In this document: piece after piece, positions 11,521 through 23,315 of the stretch | How the letters are laid out: the number at the start of each line of letters is the position of its first letter | How positions within the stretch are numbered: position 1 is the first letter of the stretch | Translations under genes and position numbers: made by a program | From: Gnetum montanum | Taxonomy: Eukaryota; Plantae; Gnetophyta | DNA: 64,000 nt | Reading direction: 5' to 3' | NCBI GenBank assembly: GCA_015680685.1 | Contig: MNCI01003135.1 | Location: 62,001 to 126,000, forward strand | Notes under the pieces: model-generated | Told to the model about the DNA's origin: nothing | Seen by the model: only the letters and a program-made list of their open reading frames with translations | The model's database searches: none

Positions 11521-13260
11521 GCAGGATTAATAAATGTTTTTCGATTTCTTTAATTTTTCAACTTTTTGTTTCTCAGTTTTTCATTTTTCAACTTTTTGTT
11601 TTATCTTTCTGTGTGTTTGTATTTTCATGTTTGTGTAAGTAATCTCATCTACGAATAAAACACTCATGTGGATCGTTGGTTGAGATGTGTTTTGTGTTAT
11701 TTAGTCATGAGTGATCAATTATTTGAAACGGTGAGCCCACTACACCCACTCATCCACTCTATAAATAAAGAGGTTCTGTTCGAGGGTACAGTGATATTCT
11801 TGAAATTTTTAAAACTTAAAATTCATTTTGTGTTTATTGTACCCGGAATGAAGAAGGATGGACCAAGAGGGAATGATTAGGGTGTGACATCAAGGGGACT
11901 TGTGGATTCTCTTTGGTGACATCTGTGGGAGTTATCATGCAATATGGTTATACTAAGATCCTTGTAGATCTAATGAAAAATGGGAGTAAGAGTAATCAAA
12001 AGGGCACTTGAAAATCAAACGCTATTCTAGGGGGTCCCACTGGAAAGACATGCACCCATGCCTAAAGGTTGGTGGCTTCTCTAAATTCAGTAAAGAGAAA
12101 AAAAGAGAAGAAAGAGAAAAAGAAAAAAAGAAGTGCCATAAAAACAAAAATCACTCCTCCCTTGCACTAAACGCCAAGTGATTGTACGCATTGTTGTCAT
12201 GGTACTGTCACAGTTGTTCATCATGGGATGAAACAATGCGATGTCACTGTTTAGAAGGATGGACTTGGTCATGATCTTGGAACGATGGGTTAATGACACA
12301 TTAATCATGCTTTACATGCAGGATTCATTGTGCCTTGAGTTAGATACCTCATGTCCCGGTCTCTACGATCCCTTTCTACACTTCGTCTCATCTCACTGTT
12401 CGTGTAATTGTAGCTCGTGTCCCATGTAACATAAAATTTTCATCTCATTATGGTGATATTTACATGTGTGTGTTTTGTGGAGTTAGTGCAGATTACATTT
12501 AACCCTTCTAGTGCCCACGGACACTTTAAGTGTGATTACACAAGGGCATAATAGGTTGAAACCTACTTTGGGGAGGACCCACTTGTGTAATTTTTTTTGT
12601 AATCTCCATTAATTCTCTAGCTAGAACACACAATCTCTTACTCTCTGCTTAATTTTTCAATTGATTTTCTTTCCCTTATTACCATTACATAGCCTTTTTC
12701 TCTACCATCTAAGATCCTTATTGATAAATTCCACACCATCATAATTTTCATGCCTTTAGAACTAGTTCAATTACCCTGGAACCCTTTAACAATCGTTCAG
12801 ATGTCCTTATTTTACATCGATTAATATCAAAAGAAATATTAAAAATTTGGTACATTCTCTACAACTTGCGATTGCGCGTCCCTTACTTTCATATCCACAA
12901 CTCGCTTGCTGGTACTCTAATTTTCATTCCGTTTGAACCTACTTGAACCCGGAGTGTTCAGCTTAGTCATGGGGGAGGGGGCACATGCCGAAGAGTGCAT
13001 AAATTTTTTGAAATTCATCATCACCAAAAAGGAAATTATTAAGGGTAATTAGTTATAAAATAAAGAGTGTCAAAAATAATTTCATCCCCTTCGTTATATT
13101 AGAAAATTAAATTGGGAAGCCACCTAAGTCACAAGATCCATTATTACAATTTTCAAGCACGATCACACGCTAGAACATAAGATCTTTAATTAAGGTAAGT
13201 AGTAAGGTATAACTTGATTTCCTAAACAACCTTACTAATGCTTGACCCGTGTGATTGCAG

Positions 13261-13858
13261 ATGGCTCCGAAATGTGCACAGCAGGAGGGTCCTGTACAAG
13301 GTGGAACGAAACAATCTCAGAGAGGTGGAAGAGAAGGCCTTGCCGGACAACATGCAGAATAGGAGGAACAATCATTTAGCGTTCATCAAAAAAGATCCTC
13401 CTACCATACGATCTAGGCTGGCAGAAGTAGGAGATACCCTCTCTGAAAGCGGTGCTTGGTACTTAGGGGAAAGGTATCAATTTTGGCACAATGAAGAAGA
13501 AGGCACCATGGTCAAAATTTGTGGTGTGACTATTTATTTCTTTGTTCAAGCCATTTCAGAAGTATTAAACCTTTCGAATATAGTGCCAAAGGTTGCTCAG
13601 AACCAGCTAGACACTTTCAAAATCAAGCAACTTAATAAACTATTAACAAAGAATAGAAGGATGGCAGAAGAAAAAGAAAAGGCTAATTGGGCTGCCTCTA
13701 TGACACAAGCACAAACTTACGTGCATGCCAAGGAACTCAAGGCCTTACAAGAGGAGAAGCTCCAGGCTGTACTTCAACACCATCAAGCTTCAAAGCCTAG
13801 AGCATAAGAAAAGGGAAAGACATCAATGGAGGAGGCACCGCCACTAGGAACTACATGA
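13261..13858 (+). pseudogene. Shortened Athila ORF2 (so-called env-like accessory ORF) of element A
   Basis: Splice-acceptor-like TTGCAG directly before ATG GCT CCG AAA (MAPK). WYLGERYQFWHN...VKICGVTIYFFVQAISEVLNL is homologous to ORF2 of B, C and E. One frameshift near 13390 and two stops. Confidence 0.8.
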
Positions 13859-14003
13859 GTTCCACCATTTTTGTAGATATTCTGTATGTTGTGTCTTTGT
13901 TTTGTTTTCTTCCCATACTGCGGCATCATCCCATTTCCTTTTCCAGTTAATAATCCCATACCTATCCACTGTGTAATCACTGTAACTCGAGGACAAGTTT
14001 TCA

Positions 14004-14019
14004 TTTAGTCGTGGGGGTA
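14004..14019 (+). promoter_or_regulatory. Polypurine-tract region of element A
   Basis: TTTAGTCGTGGGGGTA immediately before the 3' LTR TG. Confidence 0.75.
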
Positions 14020-14402
14020 TGATGAGACCTGAATTGCTCATAGTGCTGATAGTCATGATATCACAGCCCTATTGTATCAGTCACCATGATATCACCACCC
14101 TGTTGTATTAGTTATCGTGATATCACCACCCTGTTGTATCAGAGTCGCGATATCGCATAGGCCGCCATGTCTATAAAAAAGAGGCAGCTCTCCCTTGTTG
14201 GGGATCCTAGTTTTAGTGTAGCAAAGCTCTAGCAGTTTGATCCCTCCAAAGTTAGAATTTTTCCTGTGTCTGCCCGCAGTGTGGTGAATGTGATTGTACG
14301 GTGTCTTTATTCGAGTGTGCCNTAAACTCCTAGAAGGGGAATGAGTACGACTTGATTATGAGCATTTAAGTGTGACTTCTTGGTAGCCCAGTGGTGTAGC
14401 TA
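14020..14402 (+). repeat. 3' LTR of element A, truncated
   Basis: Matches the 5' LTR up to ...GTGTAGCTA, then diverges; no terminal CA or TSD. Confidence 0.85.
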
Positions 14403-16138
14403 TGAAGTATGGCATCATGAAAGAATTGCTTCCTTGAATGAAAGAATAAAGCCCAAGTTAAAGAATAGTGAAAGAAACTTTAATGCTTGCAAAAGGGATC
14501 TGACTGATGACTACAAGTAGTGTTTGGTCTGCATAATTCTGATTCGGTTCATCAATCATTTTTGCTTTGATCAAAAGAAACAAACCAACCAAACCAGAAA
14601 AAAAAAGTTTCATAACTACAATTAAACTAGAAAACAAATAGAACGTTGTATAAGAGGCATTAACTAATTAAAGTGAAATGTTTTCTGGAAGCTTAATGAT
14701 AATGCAAAACCACTTTAGTAATTTTTTTTTACTATGTCTTCAAAGAGCAACAAGACATCGATGCACTAAGAACTTAAGCACACTTAAAAAATAAAAACTC
14801 AATTATATAAAACATTAAAGAATGATCTCAATGAGGTAAGCAACTGAACAAAATCTATTTTGAAATTGTTGAATGATGAAAAATATAATAAATATTCAGC
14901 TAAGAGAATCTATTCTATTTACACTAAAATCTTCAATTTGTTTTCTTCAAGCATTCGCCTTAACATTAAAAATCTTGTTGTATTTAACCAATGTACAAAA
15001 AAAAAGGAAAAGTTTCGAAAAATAATAGGAATTGAATGATCAAAAAAGAATGATTCAATAGAACCTCCAAATATTTTATCTCCTTCAACAAATTGTAATG
15101 AAACATGAAAAAATTTGACAAAATCCTAGAAGAACCTCAAAGAAAAAAATGATTGAACCAAACAACTAGTAAGTGAGACAGTTTTTTTATATACATAAAA
15201 AATGGACTTAGCATGTCAGGAATGCTGCTAGACTATGTAACCTAGAAGCAAGCTTTGGGAAGTGAACGGTCGCGTAAGCATTGGGAAGTGAAAGGTTGCA
15301 CAAGCACCCCAAATAAATGGATGGTTAGGGTAAGAAAAAGGGCAACGTAAGCTATCCTCAACAACCATTAGGCAACTAAAAATAAAATGATAGTTGATAC
15401 ACTATATATGCCATAGTTGTCCATCGATATGGAAAGAATCGATATGGACCTTTATTTTTGGATATTTTTCATAGAAAATCAAATGATAGATGACAATGTC
15501 TTCACTCAAATCAAACTGGCCAAACAAGGCCTCCTTCATTAAGAGAAACGTTCATCTCCTCCTTCGTCATTGAGAAAGGCAGATGTGATGAGATACTGAG
15601 AGAAAATCTAAAGATGAAACAAAGAATTTCAAAGCTAGAAAAGAGAAATCAAAAATACAAGTTTTTGGAGAGTCTGGCAGCAAAAGCATCCAATTCCCTA
15701 CGAATGGCGGAGTAGGAGCATCTATCAATAAAAGGTGTTGGATATAGACATGATTTTCAGGAAAAACAGGTAAGATTGGACACCATTTGCAGGTAAAAGT
15801 AGGTAATATTTTAATAGACAATGAATGTTATGGTTGAAAGTTGAAAATTGAAAGAAAAATTATAATGTACATACCCAATGCAGATTTTACACGCTTCTGT
15901 ACATGTACCCGAATCCACTCCGAAGGGTTCATGAAATTTTCTTGGGAATCACGAATCTCCAATGCATAGGTTAACACCCACCATCATTCTGCTATGTGCC
16001 ATTTTGCTTCGAACTACTCCCAACTTTCTTAGACTTGGATGCAATTTGTAGAGCGGATTGAGAATGAATTGTGCACTATAGATTGATCATTGATGCATGT
16101 TCCTGGCTATTTTGCAAGTGCTTAAGTTCCAAGTTCAA

Positions 16139-16366
16139 GGTACATTTGTCAACAAAGGAACCATCTCAAGTCATGGAAGAACGAAGGAGAGAAAAATTTG
16201 TTCAAGGTAAAGATGGTACATTTTTCAACAAAGGGACCAATCCAAGTCATGGAAGAATGAAGCACAGAAAAAATTGTTCAAAGTAAAGATGGTACATTTG
16301 TCAACAAAGGGACCACTCTAGGTCATGGAAGAATGAAGGAGAGAAAATTTTGTACAAAGTAAAGAT
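16139..16366. repeat. Tandem repeat, 76-bp unit x3
   Basis: GGTACATTT(G/T)TCAACAAAGG units start at 16139, 16215 and 16291. Confidence 0.9.
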
Positions 16367-17741
16367 CATTTTATAGACCAATCAAAATCGAGAATTTTGA
16401 CCCAAAAAATGATAGAGTTCAAATCTAACTCCTTTGTATGTATGAGAAAAGATTCTCCAAGTGGGAGAGAAACAAGTTGACAGTGAGAACAGCCTTTAGT
16501 CAGCCTGTATTAAAAAAAGCATTACTTAGTTAGGGACTCGTTTTTCTAAAGCCTGAGTGGAGTTAAAATGTCAAAATTTAAGAATGGAAATGTCTTTTGA
16601 CAATATGACTTTGTGTTTGAAGGGGTGGGGTTGGTACTCAAAATAATTGTAATATAAATATACATTCAAATATGTAGTCTAATAATAATTTTATAATTCA
16701 ATATTGCCAATCAGAATTGAACACATGACTTATGGCATTAAAATTAAGAGTCTTATATGAAAAGGCAACACCTCATTGGAATTTTGAATAGTATAGTTAT
16801 TAATAATGCTTCACTACATATAGATGATATTTTTCTAAAATTACATTTTGTCATCTAAAGCTTCAATTGAAAATTTATCTTAAACTATGCTATATATAGT
16901 AATCTAAATAATACATTAAGTTGGATAGCAAGTTTTTCATTTTACATATTAGATGATCAATGTATTATAGACCTCTACAAAGTATAACTAACATTATATT
17001 GGACATGAAAATATTTTATTAAGTATTCATTACACCTAAGTTTTGATATTTCTTTATAAGGAACTTCCTTATGAAGTGACCAAGCTTGATAATTCTAGCT
17101 TTAAGAACTAGATAGTCTCTTACTTGAATGCCATATTGAAGCATTTTTACACTAAAAATGGAACAATTTAGAAATGTTTTTCCAACTACAAAACCATTTT
17201 AAAACAAATCGACATGTGCCTTGAGCTCTTAGAAGAATAGTTAGCTATACTATCTCAAATGGAAGTACAACCTTACATATGCTCAAGGACTACAACATTA
17301 AATTTCATTGTCATCACAATCATTAAACCATTATTTTTATAATGTTATTGATAAGGAGCATTTGGTAAGAGGTTTAACAAATCATGAATAGGTGATTATG
17401 AGGACCTTCTCTTAATGATTTTATTTAAGATTTCTTGAATTCAAATAAAAATGAAAAGGATGAAAGATTAAATTTTTCCTCTAATTGAGTTTTTGTACAA
17501 TTTTCATTGAGTGCAATAAGCTTTTCTTTGCTAGAACATTGGAATCCTCATCTCAGTTTGTACCAAGCTTTCACTTATTGAACATTAATTTAAAAGTTAT
17601 TATAAAGTAATGACTAGCTATTATNGCATTAATTTAAAAGTTATTATAAAGTAATGACTAGCTATTATGAAGTCTTTCATGAAATTATTATCTCTACTCA
17701 ATCATGGAATATTGGTTTGGTTTAGTTGTTATAAGGTTGTT

Positions 17742-18591
17742 TGATGAGTGGTAGAGTAACCCTATGCCAAAATATATGAATTACAAGTATTCACACACAA
17801 TTTGATTGAATTTCATGGACTTAAGACTAGATGGATGACTTAGATAATAAAGCACTAAGATGTTGACCATTATCTTCCCAATCACACTTATGTGGATTAA
17901 ACTTATATGGTTAAGTGTGACTGAGATGTATGATTGTCCTTTTTCATCATTAAAATATTTAAACTATGAAATTATTAAAATATTAATCTTACAAGTCTAA
18001 GTATAGAAAGTAAATCTAATCTAGCCGAACATGGACCATTTGTTCTACACTAACACTGTTTCATTACCAAGTGTTCACCATTGGATGTACCAAGTGATTC
18101 ATTATTAGTATTACAAAGTGGTAATACATTAATGCTCAAAGTTGATTGTACCCATAACAAGTGATTAAGTGGGATCAAATAAAGTATTTAACTACATGCA
18201 TGAAAAGTAAATGAATAGTTGAAGTAAATTATGAAGAAGTAAGTGAACATGCTAATCCAAATGCTATAATAAATGGGATAAAGCTCAATTTAATTATTGT
18301 TATGCAAATGTGTCTAGGTAGATCGTGAACTTAAATAAAACACTATATACTTCTTTTAATCCATACTATAAGTACTTAAACAAAAATTTCTAACTTCTAT
18401 GACATGAAATTCCAAGGTTCTATCTAAGGAAATGACCAAATAGTGCTATAAATAGAGTGGATATGCACGTTATATAGACAAACATAGAGACTGTGCCAAT
18501 GCATATGCATAGGTGTATCTTAAGATGTGCTAATGCATATGTGTTGATAAGGCTACATTAACACATACCCATTGATCCAATGAACTTATCA
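17742..18591 (-). repeat. 3' LTR of old Athila-like element E
   Basis: Minus strand reads TGATAAG...CTCATCA; similar to the C and F LTRs (e.g. AAGTCCATGAAATTCAATCAA, CATAGGG...CCACTCATCA); degenerate PPT next to 18592. Confidence 0.75.
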
Positions 18592-18834
18592 TTCACCATA
18601 TCCACACAACTAATTAAAAACTCATCTTCAAGTAAACAAAAGTGGAATCAAGTTGATTACAAAATTGGAAAGATATGAAACTCACTCATTGATTTACTAA
18701 TTGATTATAACTTTAGTGTTGCACGATATTTAAAACTATTTGAGTGTTATTACAATTCAACTCAAGAAAATAAGATACATTATAAAATTAGAATTAGTCA
18801 ATAAGAATAACCCCAAGATAGATGCTCTAAATGC

Positions 18835-19475
18835 TACTACGAGGTGGTGCCTCCTATAGCTTGATTGTGACACCTCCTACCTTGGTGCTAGCAATGTTCT
18901 CAACTTTCTAGCTATAACTATATTGCTTTTTTGGAAGCTAGAAGAAATATAATAGTACCTTCAACTTCTTCTGCTTTCTCCTAGTATGATTTATCATCTA
19001 GGAAGTTTTACCTAAAATCCACAATGATGGCACTTTCCAAGGACAAGGAAAGACAAAAAATAGTTCCTTGGCATTGGAAAACTAGGCTATGAATTACTTG
19101 CATTCAATGTCAAATATTTGCACTTTTTTTTGTAGATCCCTATGGTCTATCATTTTCTTAGCTAGTTTCTCTACAAATAGTTCCTAATCTTTAAATATTT
19201 CCTTAAGAACTTCAAGCACCGTATTGATTATTTCTAGCTTTTGTTGGTTTCTTTGTGGGGATTAAATTCAACCTTGTATAAGAGGTATGAGCTAGCTACT
19301 AGATTTTCAAGTTCTAACTAGAACTTTCTAGTAGTTAACTTTGGAAAGTTTACATAATAATGGTTGGTGAGCTTCATATATTCTATTATGTCTTCAATTT
19401 TTAGCTCCTTCATTTAGATATCTTCTTGATTATACACGTTGAACCCATCAAATATGGGTTTCCATGCATCACTAT
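18835..19475 (-). pseudogene. Element E ORF2, C-terminal piece
   Basis: Homologous to C ORF2 (WKPIFDGFNVYNQ versus WQPIFDGLNAYNQ); joins 38664-39981 across the ACTAT TSD of B. Confidence 0.75.
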
Positions 19476-20332
19476 TGATGAGCGGCGAGGTACCCCTATG
19501 CTCAACCATACAAATATGAGCATGTACGCATGATCTGGTTGAACTCCATAGATGGACTAGTTGCGTCACTGAGATAGTTACACATTAATCATAGTTCACT
19601 ATCTTCCCACTTGGACAAGTAATTGCTTTGTCATGTTTGGTTTACTCCAACGTGAGGTGTATGATGTGATTCCTAACACTAATTACTCCTGAAGGCAATG
19701 GAAAATAATCTTGATTTAAGCTAATAAGCAATAGAAAAAAAATCTAAACAAGCCTAATTTGATGAGTATCTTCCCTTAATCATCTGTATGCATCTTGGAC
19801 TTCATGTACTACTTATGGGATTACCAAGCGCACATTACTTGAAGTACTACTAGATACGCTACTCAGTTACCAAGTAGTTAGACTTAAATGTTCATGATTA
19901 AGACGTACTCATTTTGCATTTAACAATACAAATAGTAAATGATAAAATAAATATTAACTAAGAAAAAAATAAATAATCAAAAATTAAACCATTAAAGACT
20001 AAGTGAATGTTGCAATGATGGAGTAATGTCGATCTTTATTTCCAATTGTGTGTGTGTCCAGGTATGGCACACTCAAACAAAGGTTCTGTACAATTACAAT
20101 CATCACACTATGGGCATGCACTAGGGAAAGAACTAAAACTAACTGAAAATTAATAGAAAGAATTTACTCTAAAACTTACCAACTAACTCCATTCGTGTGC
20201 ACCTAGATGCTATATTTAGAGGCCTACATAGGAATCATGATATCATGTATTTGATATCATTATCCAGGCTACGATATTGCGTACGCGATATTGAGGATCC
20301 AATATTGGGACCTGGAAATCCATAATTCATCA
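19476..20332 (-). repeat. 3' LTR of element B
   Basis: Colinear direct repeat of 37804-38663; TGATGAA...CTCATCA on the minus strand; preceded by ATGGGGGTA. Confidence 0.92.
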
Positions 20333-20515
20333 TACCCCCATGAGTGAATAACAACTCATCCTGGAGTTAAATAATCAAAATGAGAATGAGTTCACTTGAT
20401 TACATAGTGGATAGGTATGAGATTATTGACTCCCTAGGAATTACTCATGGTGTAGTGTGGAGTTAAGTAAAACAAAATTGGAACATAGACATAGAATTAC
20501 AAAATTTGTTGAAAC

Positions 20516-23315
20516 TCATGTGGTTTCTAGCAGTGGTGGCTCCTCCATGGGTCTCTTGCCCTTATCTTGTACTGCAAGCCTTGGGAATGGATGTCTCTGA
20601 AGCAGCACCTAAAGTCTTTCCTCTTCGATTTAGGGATCGTGTGTTGTCTATGCTGATGTTCTAATATTTGATAGAGTTGGCACCTCCCATAGGCATCGTA
20701 GTTGCAGAAACATTTGATTGGCCTTAACATACTAAGTTGTAAACAATCGTCATTCCTCTTCATAGGCTCTAGCTTTGTCTTTGCATTCTTGGTAGTCCGT
20801 GACCCATTGAGCTAAATCCATCGTGACATATTTCTATCCTTGGTAGCTAGTCTTGACCACCTTTAATTTAGAATTTGCTACTTCTAATTTCTGTAGCATC
20901 TTCTTGTGTTTAGAAAATTTTGTTTCATATTTAGTGTAGGTGGTTTCTACCTATTTCTCTAATTCTATCCTCGGGTGTCCTATTGTCAACAAGGCCAACT
21001 TGGCATACCATAGGTTTTCCAACTCCATGTACTCAATGAGATCTTGTATCTACAGGTCCTAGATTTTTAGTTCTGTTTGGTGGGCAAAGACATAAGTATC
21101 CAATATGGCCCTCCAATCAGCATTTTGGGCACTAAGAGAGTTGATGTGGGCTTTGGCCTTATGGATTTCTTTCTCAATAATTTTTTTGTACATTCCCACC
21201 TGATCTCTAAAATTATCCTTAAGTTTCTCATCTCACTTGGCCTCATTCTACCACACGCTTATTTCGATTATTGTCTTTTGATGGATCACACGTACTTCCT
21301 CCATTGAGAGGGTTCTATTTTGTCTGTCCAAGTAGTTTATATCCTAGTTGATCCTTATTAATTATTCTTGCATTAGCTAAAAATTCTCCTTGAAAACATT
21401 CTTTTGTTTTTCTATAGTGGCCAACCGAAGGCTTTTGGTGGCAAGTTTTTTATTGTCTTCTTGTAATGCTTTGAGTGCTTTGGCATGTGTGTATGTTTGA
21501 GCTTGTTCCTTTGAAGCATCCCAATCAACCTTTTCTTTTTCCCTTTCCACTCTTTTATTCTCTTCTAGTAATTTATTTAGCTACTCCATCCGAAATGATT
21601 CTAGCTAATCTACAAGGATGAATTGGGATGGATCACTTTGTGTAGCTTGTAGTGTGACAAACCTCTCTTAGAGTCTTTCCAACTCCTCCCCTGCATGTTC
21701 AGCCCTGACCTCTATCATGACCAATGTTCCTTTTGTAGAAATGAGGTTTGACTATGTTGCTATGACATCTTGAGGGATCTCAAACAAGGACATCATCACT
21801 TGTCCTATCTGCAGCAATCAATCCAAAACATCCTCATGATCTGTAAAAGTCATTGAGGGACCAACTAAGACTTGAGCATCACATGCTCCTATAAAATATA
21901 TGGGTGGAATAATAGGAATATTAAATGATTCTTTGATGTGGTTTGTGACAACTTCTATTACTATCACTACATCTTGGTGTTGCATGATCACTACTATGGC
22001 ACCTTCACCAGTTTCGAATTGCACCTAAAAAGATGTAGCATTTCTAAAAATATATTGTGACTAGTGTGATTCCCCTCCTTCTATTTTGATGGAAACCTTG
22101 CCCTATGTGTAATCAATTGAGGCTATGGGTTTTATGACATCATCAATGATCTTGAAGAGGTTTTCCTCATCATGGCTTTCCCAATTGACCATTTTAGCAA
22201 TGGCCCAAAGATGGCTCATCAACAGTCAATAATCCTGTAGTGGTAGTGGTGGTTGGTCTTGCTAGCCTATGGGTTTTGTGCTAGGCCTTACTTCTTGTTG
22301 TTGACTGGACCTTATGTCTGGGAGTTAGCTAGGTCCTACAATTTGAGATGCAATGGGCCTAACCATCTATTCTTGCTTAGGTTCTACTATCTTCCCAACA
22401 TTTTTCCTTGGGGTTTTAGCTTCAATAATTTAGCAAATGAGACATTTTGAGCCTTTCTAGGGACATCATTGATATACCTTAAAATTATAGCACATTGACA
22501 TAGCTTCCTGATTAGGCAAGAAAAAGGCTATGCAAACTTCCATGTCTTACATTCTTCAAACTACCTTAAAATTTTTGTGAGATATAGATGGGGTAGGTTG
22601 GCATCAACCTTGCCCATCAAAATGGCACTCTCTCTAGTCGCATAGGTGAAAATCCTATTTAGTTCTTTTGTTGGGAAATGTGATATGTGCCAATTTTAAA
22701 GTAGATCTTATCTTCAAGTGTGAGCTCTTCATATGTTTTATCCTCCTTTCCGTACATCCTTTTTAACCATAGTTTTTGCACATCCACATCAGAGCAAGTG
22801 GATAGGTGAGCAACCTTGGGCACTATGTTCAAAAGGTTCAAAAATTTTGAAATGGCCTTGGTAGAGAAATCAATAGAAATCCAACCAATATTAAGCGTGG
22901 TGCCTTCTTATTTGTTGTGCCAAAATTGGTACATCTCCCCTAGGTACCAAACATTAGTCCCAAAGAGAATAGGCCATAGTGGATACCCCTTAATTTAGTC
23001 TTTGACTACCTCAGGAGAAAATATAATAAAAACTCCAAAATTGAGTTTCACAATCACAGTTTCTGATGTGGGGCTTTCATGACATACCTAAACACATTCT
23101 GGAGACAATGTGAGATGTTGTTCCTATTCAGGTGCCCTACCATCTCCACCTTCTGCATGCCCTAATTATGTAGTAATAGGAGGTTCTTGATGAATGCTGA
23201 ATGAGTGTGCCTCCAACTCCATATGTTCTTCAGAAGGTGCTTGGCCTCTACCTCTCCTTGGCTATTTAGATGCATCTTGAGAGGATCCTCCTTGCTATCC
23301 TCACTTAGGGGCCAT
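20516..23315 (-). pseudogene. Full-length Athila ORF2 (env-like accessory ORF) of element B, degenerate
   Basis: Starts ATGGCCCCTAAG (MAPK); WYLGEMYQFWHN; coiled-coil-like LNKLLEENKRVEREKEKVDW; ends DKGKRPMEEPPLLETT*; many stops. Confidence 0.8.

Larger units (their letters stand above)
8642..14402 (+). mobile_element. Element A: non-autonomous Athila-like LTR retrotransposon (LTR-PBS-gag-noncoding-short ORF2-PPT-LTR), no pol; 3' LTR truncated
   Basis: Paired LTRs starting TGATGAGACC at 8642 and 14020, tRNA-Asp PBS, gag ORF, ORF2 and PPT. No PR/RT/RH/INT motifs between 11530 and 13260. Confidence 0.9.

Noticed and set aside
17583-17670. Exact tandem duplication of about 42 bp
   Set aside because: Straddles a single N (17626); assembly artefact.
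16950-17700. Possible remnant of a Helitron PIF1 helicase C-terminus on the plus strand
   Set aside because: Only faint motif echoes in very AT-rich sequence; needs an HMM search.
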